Under the pieces are notes generated by a model, which was not told the origin of the DNA, made no database searches, and saw only the letters and a program-made list of their open reading frames with translations. A program made the position numbers and the translations under genes. 21,586 nt of DNA from a virus (lineage: Duplodnaviria > Heunggongvirae > Uroviricota > Caudoviricetes), in IMG/VR virus record IMGVR_UViG_3300032163_000007, positions 1 through 21,586 of that record. One strand, 5' to 3'. Positions 15,670-21,586 of this stretch are shown here, one piece after another (position 1 is the stretch's first letter; each line of letters begins with the position of its first letter).

Positions 15670-16243
15670 GAAGATTGGTGTCATGCTGGTGGGTGGAATG
15701 TGCAGTGGCAAAAGCTATTACGCTAAAACACTCAAAGCAGGGATTAGAGGCTCTGGTATATTCAGCTTTGCATGCTCCTTAAAATCCATAGTAGGAAACC
15801 ATTATGCAAAGAAGGCTACCTTCAGCAAAGACGGCTCATACCCAGTGTATAGAAAGAGTATGGATGGTGGATGGGGGCTAGTATCAGGTAGATGGTTGCT
15901 GCAACAAATATCAGAAGCAATCAAGGCAATAGACTACTCCTGGTTTTACGTAGAGACCTACCGTCAGATTGTTGAAAGTCATTCAAAGTTCTTTATTATT
16001 GACGACTGTAGATTTAAAGAGGAGTATGAGTACTTCAAGGGGAAGTTTGAAAAGGTGATCCTTGTGTACCTCGATCTACCCAAAGCCCTTAGAGAAGAGC
16101 GATGTAAGAAGCTTTATGGTACCTCTATTGATACAGATCATGTGTCCGAGAAGGTGGAGTGGGCAAGAGAATATGCTAACTACTTTGTAAAAGAAGAGAA
16201 TAAAGAAAAAGAGCTCTTAGAGTTCATCAAAATCTTTGTCTAG
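15653..16243 (+). CDS. Deoxynucleoside monophosphate kinase (T4 gp1-like P-loop kinase)
   Basis: GAGGA RBS. P-loop 'GGMCSGKS', 'SFACSLK', 'GRWLLQQIS', 'IIDDCRFKEE'. Confidence 0.85.
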   Translation: MATKSKKIGVMLVGGMCSGKSYYAKTLKAGIRGSGIFSFACSLKSIVGNHYAKKATFSKDGSYPVYRKSMDGGWGLVSGRWLLQQISEAIKAIDYSWFYVETYRQIVESHSKFFIIDDCRFKEEYEYFKGKFEKVILVYLDLPKALREERCKKLYGTSIDTDHVSEKVEWAREYANYFVKEENKEKELLEFIKIFV

Positions 16244-17285
16244 TCTTTATTCCTTTTTTGAGTCTAAGTTTGATGTGGAAGCAGGTAACTCCTACGATCC
16301 CAATCAAATAAAGATTTGTTGTCCCTTTTGTGAGGGCTCCCTAAAAGATAACGGCTCTACAAGAAGTAGAGACACAGAGTTCAAGTGTTATGTCCACCTA
16401 GGCAAGCAGATGTATTATTGCCAGAGGTGTGGTGCTAAGGGTGGGTTAAAGTCATTCTTTAAGAAGGTGTGGAATGTAGATCCCAAGGAAATGGGTATCT
16501 ACATCGAAAATACTACGGTAGCTACTGGAGAAGACCTACAATCAATTGTACTTAAGGCCATCTTCAGTACTCCCGCGGAAAAGACAAGGGTAGAGTTGCC
16601 AAAAGAGTATAGAGACTTGAATGTGAGGGAAGCTCTGAGTGGTAGAACAATTGGTAAAGCAGAGCTTCTCGCCTATGACTACGTCCTCAATAGAGGGTTA
16701 GAAGAGGACGAGGTAGCCTACTATAGACTGGGCTTTTGTTCAGAGGGTTATTATAAGGATAGGTTAATCATCCCCGTGGTGGAAAAAGGTGAAGTAGTCT
16801 ATTTCACAAACAGAATATATATGTGGAAGGGCAGTAGGCTTACACCGGAAGTCGAGAGGCAACTAAAGGCCATCGGTATACGCAAGACCATAAATCCATC
16901 AAAAGAGAAGGATCCCAACCTCCTAGGTAAGTCTGATGTAGTGTTCAACTTAGATTCTATACAATCAGGAGGTCAAGTCGTAATAACCGAAGGCCCATTT
17001 GACGCCATGCGTGTGGGTACGGATGCTGTAGCAATACTAGGATCCACTATGTCTAAGACTCAGATGACTAAGATTATGAAGAAGAGACCATCTAAGGTCA
17101 TTGTAATGCTAGATGGAGATGCCTGGGATAAGGCTCAGGCCATAGCAAAAGCATTTGAGGGGTTAGCCAATGTACACATAGCGCGTATAGGGGAGGCGGA
17201 TCCCGGAGATATGGAAAGATCTGAAAGTAGAGCTTATATAGAGTCCGCTGAGAAGTACGTAAGTGGTAAAGTAAGTTTTTTATAG
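16236..17285 (+). CDS. dnaG: DNA primase (Zn-binding domain plus TOPRIM, DnaG-type)
   Basis: TTG start overlapping the kinase stop. Zn-binding 'CPFC...YYCQRCGAKG', 'RLIIPV...YF..R', TOPRIM 'ITEGPFDA' and 'VMLDGDA'. Confidence 0.92.
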   Translation: MSSLYSFFESKFDVEAGNSYDPNQIKICCPFCEGSLKDNGSTRSRDTEFKCYVHLGKQMYYCQRCGAKGGLKSFFKKVWNVDPKEMGIYIENTTVATGEDLQSIVLKAIFSTPAEKTRVELPKEYRDLNVREALSGRTIGKAELLAYDYVLNRGLEEDEVAYYRLGFCSEGYYKDRLIIPVVEKGEVVYFTNRIYMWKGSRLTPEVERQLKAIGIRKTINPSKEKDPNLLGKSDVVFNLDSIQSGGQVVITEGPFDAMRVGTDAVAILGSTMSKTQMTKIMKKRPSKVIVMLDGDAWDKAQAIAKAFEGLANVHIARIGEADPGDMERSESRAYIESAEKYVSGKVSFL

Positions 17286-17315
17286 AACACTAGTATAAGC
17301 GAAAAAGGAGATAGC

Positions 17316-17891
17316 ATGGCAGACATACAATTTATTTATAATTCGATCGTAGAGGATGATTGCTTCGGCATGGCAGTTAAAGAGGATAAGCTCTGTAAGC
17401 AGTGTGGGGCATATGATATGTGCCGAGACATCGTTGGCAAGGCAGAAGAGCAAGAAGTAGTTAAGCGTATCATAGAAGAGACGCCGGTTAAAGGAAAAGA
17501 GACCGTCGTAGTTTTAGATGACGAAGAGGTTGTTGAGAAGCCTAAAAAAGAGAAGGCTAAAAAGGCAAAGAAGGATGACGGAGCGTATAACAGTTTAGTG
17601 ACTCCATTTATCAACTACCTTAACATGAAAGATAAGTTCGAGTATGTGGATAAAGGTCTACAGGGACTTGCTGCCCAACTTAATGCTAAGACCTTCCTAA
17701 CGGTCAAAAGTTATAAGAAGCCCAACACAAAATACAATATTGTGTTTACAGCAGCAGCGCGAGGTATTCCTGGGGTAACAGAAAGGGTAGTAACAGCAGC
17801 CTACACTCAGCAGGTTTATGAGGGTTCGAGTTTCGAGGAGCTTCAAGGCATCGTGGAAGTATATTATAAGAAAGTGAAAGGTGCGAAATAA
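17316..17891 (+). CDS. Hypothetical protein with an N-terminal 4-Cys metal-binding motif and a charged linker
   Basis: AAAGGAG RBS at 17304-17310. Motif C16-x10-C27-x2-C30-x5-C36 (CFGMAVKEDKLCKQCGAYDMC). E/K-rich linker, then a globular C-terminal half. Confidence 0.7.
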   Translation: MADIQFIYNSIVEDDCFGMAVKEDKLCKQCGAYDMCRDIVGKAEEQEVVKRIIEETPVKGKETVVVLDDEEVVEKPKKEKAKKAKKDDGAYNSLVTPFINYLNMKDKFEYVDKGLQGLAAQLNAKTFLTVKSYKKPNTKYNIVFTAAARGIPGVTERVVTAAYTQQVYEGSSFEELQGIVEVYYKKVKGAK

Positions 17892-18397
17892 TGATAGTAA
17901 ATCCTAAGCAGGCAGTAGACGATGGAGTAATTACAAATGTAGGCGATGGCCAGGTACAGCAAAATGGTATCGACATTCGTATTGATAGAATGTATAGAGT
18001 CAGGGGTTCAGCCTACCTGGGGATTGCTAAGAAGCTAATGCCCAATTTTGATGAGGTGCATCCACGTAAGAATGCTGAAACTGGTGAGTGGGTATTTGAT
18101 CTATCTCCGGAGCAGTCTTATGTATTCGACGCTGTTGAGGTTGTTGATATGCCTGAAAACCTGATGGCACTTATAGTTACTAGATCAACTCTAAACCGTT
18201 GTGGTATCCGGGTTACTTCTGGAGTATGGGATTCTGGTTTTCGTGGAACCCTCGGTGGTTTTATAAACACAGGAAGTATCCCAGCCTTTATTGAGCGTGG
18301 CAGCCGCATAGCACAAGTAGTATTTTATAATGCTGACTCCGCTTCAATGTATAACGGTCAATACCAGGATGGAAACAGTCAGAGTGTCGGAAAGTAG
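17891..18397 (+). CDS. dut: Trimeric dUTPase of the dCTP deaminase-like superfamily
   Basis: AATG overlap with the upstream stop. Motifs 'QQNGIDIR', 'RSTLNRCG', 'GVWDSGFRG', 'RIAQVVF', 'YNGQYQ'. The Glu expected for deaminase activity after the DxG[FW]xG motif is absent (TLGGFIN). Confidence 0.85.
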   Translation: MIVNPKQAVDDGVITNVGDGQVQQNGIDIRIDRMYRVRGSAYLGIAKKLMPNFDEVHPRKNAETGEWVFDLSPEQSYVFDAVEVVDMPENLMALIVTRSTLNRCGIRVTSGVWDSGFRGTLGGFINTGSIPAFIERGSRIAQVVFYNADSASMYNGQYQDGNSQSVGK

Positions 18398-21236
18398 CCC
18401 ACTTCGTAAATACTGTAACCCTAAGTGTAAGGGCTTTTGTGAGGATATCAAGGAGCCTGAGAGCTTCCATAATCCCCAGGCTAAGATAGTATTCTTAGTT
18501 GATGCTCCGGCATATGAGACTATAAAGGATCCTGATGACTCTTGGAGTACCACTGAGGTATTAAATACCGAGAGATACTGTGGTTATGAGTTCTTTGGCT
18601 TACTTCTTGATAATGGATTTAAGGAGAAGCAATTAAATGACGACATTACGATACTTCCTCTAACGGGGTGCATTCTACCGAAGTCAGCTGAACCTATCAA
18701 GGAAAAGCTTCACAGATCTTGCGCTAGATGTAACATTCTCAAAATTGTGGAAGACATTAATCCCCATATAGTGGTAGCTGTAGGAGAAGAGGCCTTAAGC
18801 GCTTTACCTAAGACTATTTCGGAGTTTCTGAGAATGGGACGCAAGAATGGTAAGTACATGGTAAACGTGTATAGGTCAGTTGCTCCACATAGACTCTACT
18901 ACTATCTTCCCGATTATGAGAAGGCAGTAACTGAATATGATAATAAGAATGATGTCCCATATAACGACTTTATGGCAAACATCAAAAATATTCTCCTTGT
19001 ACATAACACAGGGATCACGCCTAAGCCAGTTGATTATACCTTTATAGACACCCCAGAAAAGCTTGTGGAAGTCTATGAGATTATGAAGGCACAACCAATC
19101 CTAGCAACGGATATTGAAACATCTGGATTGGATCCTTTCTCTAAGAAGGCTAAGGTAGTGTCTATAAGCTTCTCTTGGGAGGAGCATCAAGGTATTTGTA
19201 TACCCCTCTACCATGACGAGTGTCCTTTTGATGAGGAGCAGCTCAAGGTTGTAGCAGAACTCGTCAAGGACATCTTAGAAGATGACAAAATTCTGAAGCT
19301 CCTACACAACGGGAAATTTGACTGCAACTACCTAGAGCTTACTATGGGCATTAAGACAGCCAATTTCGGTTTTGACACAATGCTTGCACATTACGCCCTG
19401 GATGAAGCCAGAGGTACTCATGGCTTGAAGCGGTTAGCTCTGCAACATACGGATCTTGGTGATTATGATGCATTCTTAGATACTTGGATGCAGGTAAATG
19501 GCCTGAAGAACTGTGGATACGATGTAATACCTCTTGACATTCTCTGGCAGTATAACTGCTGTGACACAGATGCCACTCTGAGATTATACAACCTATTTCG
19601 TGAGAGACTATTGGAGGAGCCTGGTGATCTTGGAGTGTTTAGAGACCTCATGGATATATCAGAGGCGTTCTCACAGATTGAGCGTAATGGTTGGACTATT
19701 GATCTCAGCGTCTTAGCGAAGCTAGAAGAGTCTATGCCCAAAGAGATTGAAGTGCTTACCCAGAACTTTTTTAGTTATCCTGAAGTTATAGATATTCAGA
19801 TGGAGCTGCAGTCAGTGGAGAATAAGAAGAAGTCTCCTAAGCAGCTGGAGTTTAATCCTGATTCACCAATACAGATGAGAAAGCTCCTATTTGATAAGCT
19901 TCAGTTACAGGAGTATATTCCCATGAAGAAGCTAAAAGACTTCTTGACGGATAAGGGTAAAGCTGAACGAATTAAGATGTTCAGAACAAGAACAAAATGG
20001 AAAACCATTAAAGATGTCCCATTAAAGTTTCTTAGCACGGGTGCAGAGGTTTTGGAGTTCTTCGACGAACTCGACGTACACGAATGTGTTAAGATTCTCA
20101 TGTCATTGAGAAAGCTTCAAAAGCTTTACGGCACATATGTGCAGCCAGTTAGAGATACCTGGATTAGTGATGATGGCTACGTACACGCAAGTAACCAAAT
20201 TGCAGGAACGCAGACAGGGCGACTAGCCTGCTCTAATCCAAATCTACAGAATATTCCTCGTGGTAGCACCATTAAGAATATGTTTATTAGTAAGTTCAAA
20301 GGTGGCTTAATTGGTCAGTTGGATTATTCTCAGATTGAGTTGAGAGTCGCTGCACTAGTCTCCAGAGAGCCTGTTCTGCTTGAATCTTATAGAAATGGCG
20401 AGGACATCCACAAGAGAACTGCTGCCATCGTTAATGAAATCGATATCAAGGAAGTTACAAAGGAGCAGAGACAAAATGTTAAAGATGTTAATTTTGGTAT
20501 TCTTTATGGCAGGTCTGCTTTTTCTTTGGCACCAAAGCTAAAGAAGACAGTTGACGAAGCAGAAGTATTTATCGAGAACTACTTTGAGAGGCTGCCTTTA
20601 TTGAAGCAGTTCATTGACAGCAAGAAGATGGAGATCATCGACTTGGAAGTATCAACTTCGATGTTTGGACGCAAAAGACGTTTCACAGGCCTCAACAAGA
20701 CTTGGATGAATTTTGCGAATGACAAAGAAAAGAGAGCATCTATTGAGGCGAATCTTCGAGAGGGTGTTAATCACGTCATTCAGTCAACTGCTGCTAGCTT
20801 CACACTATACAGTGTTATTGAGTTGGAAAAGTTTCTCAAGAGAAGTGGGCTTAAGTCTCAGATACTAGGAACGGTATATGACTCTATCATGCTAGACCTC
20901 TATCCTGGAGAGCAGGCAGAGGTACTCGCTAATGCTAAACGCATTATGGAAGAGGTAGGAGTTAGACTGGGTCTGGATTGGATTGACATTCCGATTGTAG
21001 CAGACTGCGAAGTAGGACCTAGATGGGGTAAACTGGCTCACGCCGTGTTTACTGAGAAGGACCGCGAAGAGATGATGGCGAACGAGGAGCAGCAGAAAAG
21101 GGCTCTTGATGGTAAGCGAGCAGATGAAGGTAAGAAGATCAAGGATTCCTTTAGCTCCTACTACGACCTAGCAAGCTCTCAGTTCTTACACTTTAACAAT
21201 GGGCAGCTTATGGAAGAAGACCTTTTTGCAGCATGA
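18369..21236 (+). CDS. polA: Family A DNA polymerase with an N-terminal uracil-DNA glycosylase (family 4)-like domain and 3'-5' exonuclease
   Basis: The likely start is ATG 18369. ExoI 'ATDIETSGLD', ExoII 'HNGKFD', ExoIII 'YNCCDTDAT'. 'TGRLACSNPNLQNIP', motif A 'DYSQIELR', motif B 'RQNVKDVNFGILYG', motif C 'TVYDS'. N-terminal UDG-like 'AKIVFLVDAP...INPHIVVAVGEEAL'. Confidence 0.96.
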   Translation: METVRVSESSPLRKYCNPKCKGFCEDIKEPESFHNPQAKIVFLVDAPAYETIKDPDDSWSTTEVLNTERYCGYEFFGLLLDNGFKEKQLNDDITILPLTGCILPKSAEPIKEKLHRSCARCNILKIVEDINPHIVVAVGEEALSALPKTISEFLRMGRKNGKYMVNVYRSVAPHRLYYYLPDYEKAVTEYDNKNDVPYNDFMANIKNILLVHNTGITPKPVDYTFIDTPEKLVEVYEIMKAQPILATDIETSGLDPFSKKAKVVSISFSWEEHQGICIPLYHDECPFDEEQLKVVAELVKDILEDDKILKLLHNGKFDCNYLELTMGIKTANFGFDTMLAHYALDEARGTHGLKRLALQHTDLGDYDAFLDTWMQVNGLKNCGYDVIPLDILWQYNCCDTDATLRLYNLFRERLLEEPGDLGVFRDLMDISEAFSQIERNGWTIDLSVLAKLEESMPKEIEVLTQNFFSYPEVIDIQMELQSVENKKKSPKQLEFNPDSPIQMRKLLFDKLQLQEYIPMKKLKDFLTDKGKAERIKMFRTRTKWKTIKDVPLKFLSTGAEVLEFFDELDVHECVKILMSLRKLQKLYGTYVQPVRDTWISDDGYVHASNQIAGTQTGRLACSNPNLQNIPRGSTIKNMFISKFKGGLIGQLDYSQIELRVAALVSREPVLLESYRNGEDIHKRTAAIVNEIDIKEVTKEQRQNVKDVNFGILYGRSAFSLAPKLKKTVDEAEVFIENYFERLPLLKQFIDSKKMEIIDLEVSTSMFGRKRRFTGLNKTWMNFANDKEKRASIEANLREGVNHVIQSTAASFTLYSVIELEKFLKRSGLKSQILGTVYDSIMLDLYPGEQAEVLANAKRIMEEVGVRLGLDWIDIPIVADCEVGPRWGKLAHAVFTEKDREEMMANEEQQKRALDGKRADEGKKIKDSFSSYYDLASSQFLHFNNGQLMEEDLFAA

Positions 21237-21469
21237 TAGTATTTCCGGGTCAAAATTATAAGGGCTATCAGAAGGTCGCAGTTGACTGTGATTCAAGGCA
21301 GTCGCCCTACTGTAAGAAGAGGTCTCTGATTGCATATAGACGCTACAAGAAGAACGTCGAAAACCATAAGGGACGCTATGTGTGTAACCAGTGTGGCCTA
21401 GCTGAAAAGCATGGTGTATCCACAGAGGGTATGTTTTTGTTAAGGAAGTTCTTCAATGAGGAAAAGTAA
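21233..21469 (+). CDS. Small basic zinc-finger-like protein
   Basis: ATGA overlap with the polymerase stop. Motif 'VAVDCD-x6-C...YVCNQC' with four Cys; Lys/Arg-rich. Confidence 0.6.
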   Translation: MIVFPGQNYKGYQKVAVDCDSRQSPYCKKRSLIAYRRYKKNVENHKGRYVCNQCGLAEKHGVSTEGMFLLRKFFNEEK

Positions 21470-21479
21470 CGAAATAAAT

Positions 21480-21488
21480 TGTTATAGT
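21480..21488 (+). promoter_or_regulatory. Candidate extended -10 promoter element (TG-T-TATAGT)
   Basis: One mismatch to TGnTATAAT, in an AT-rich intergenic gap 29 nt before ATG 21518. No clear -35. Confidence 0.4.
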
Positions 21489-21517
21489 AACATAACAACA
21501 AATATAAGGAGCAAAAC

Positions 21518-21586
21518 ATGGGTAATTTAGAAAATATAATGAACGGTACGAAAGTCTTTCTTGAGACTTACAAGACAAGAGATCCT
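21518..21586 (+). CDS. Hypothetical protein, 3'-truncated by the window edge (MGNLENIMNGTKVFLETYKTRDP...)
   Basis: AAGGAG RBS at 21506-21511, ATG at 21518, frame open to the window end. Confidence 0.7.
   Translation, partial: MGNLENIMNGTKVFLETYKTRDP

Larger units (their letters stand above)
1..21586 (+). mobile_element. Segment of a large myovirus-type bacteriophage genome (baseplate/tail-tip module, radical SAM cassette, DNA replication module)
   Basis: All credible genes lie on +, tightly packed or overlapping. Baseplate J, gp25-like, LysM and fibre genes are followed by helicase, primase, dUTPase and PolA. No host housekeeping genes or integrase in the window. Confidence 0.95.

Noticed and set aside
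1865-18368. Longer starts given by the ORF track (1865, 4677, 18330)
   Set aside because: They overlap upstream genes extensively. ATGs at 1895, 4761 and 18369 fit translational coupling or RBS spacing and the domain boundaries better.
17891-18397. dCTP deaminase
   Set aside because: The catalytic Glu expected after the DxG[FW]xG motif (E138 in E. coli Dcd) is missing (TLGGFIN), so dUTPase is preferred.
824-20101. Short alternative-frame and minus-strand ORFs (for example 14745..15197, 11737..12099, 10577..10894)
   Set aside because: They are fully nested in well-supported + strand genes, lack recognisable motifs or RBSs, and are the size expected by chance.
14275-21236. Group I intron or intein in the helicase, primase or polymerase
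   Set aside because: All three are continuous ORFs with normal motif spacing. No intein terminal motifs (C...HN-C/S/T) or frame breaks were seen.
1-21586. Stop-codon reassignment (alternative genetic code)
   Set aside because: Genes are full length under code 11, and TAG, TAA and TGA all end genes at sensible boundaries.
1-21586. tRNA, CRISPR array, DGR template/variable repeats, invertible fibre cassette
   Set aside because: Intergenic gaps are under 50 nt. No cloverleaf, spaced repeat array, long near-identical repeat pair, reverse transcriptase or recombinase was seen.

Overview
A gene-dense, single-strand (+), standard-code segment of a large tailed (contractile-tail, myovirus-type) phage genome. 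Bases 1-9339 are a baseplate and tail-tip module: a Twort/K/SPO1-like baseplate protein, a LysM-gp25 fusion, baseplate J, an FN3-gpI/gp7-like wedge protein, a CBM-bearing fibre and a Kelch-propeller spike with a C-terminal autoprocessing-chaperone-like domain. Bases 13478-21586 are a replication and nucleotide-metabolism module: DnaB-like helicase, dNMP kinase, primase, dUTPase, and a family A DNA polymerase with an N-terminal UDG-like domain whose catalytic residues appear lost. The most interesting locus sits between them, directly after the last tail-tip gene: a 194-aa protein with three W...[NQ]E[LV]RxA repeats flanking a 7-Cys/aromatic core, followed 11 nt later by a radical SAM enzyme with a compact SPASM-type Cys cluster and an unassigned C-terminal domain. 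This looks like a RiPP-style substrate-maturase pair that may modify a virion protein. Next comes a 688-aa orphan with a weak sigma-70-like signature. All functional calls come from motif recognition by eye; no database searches were run.
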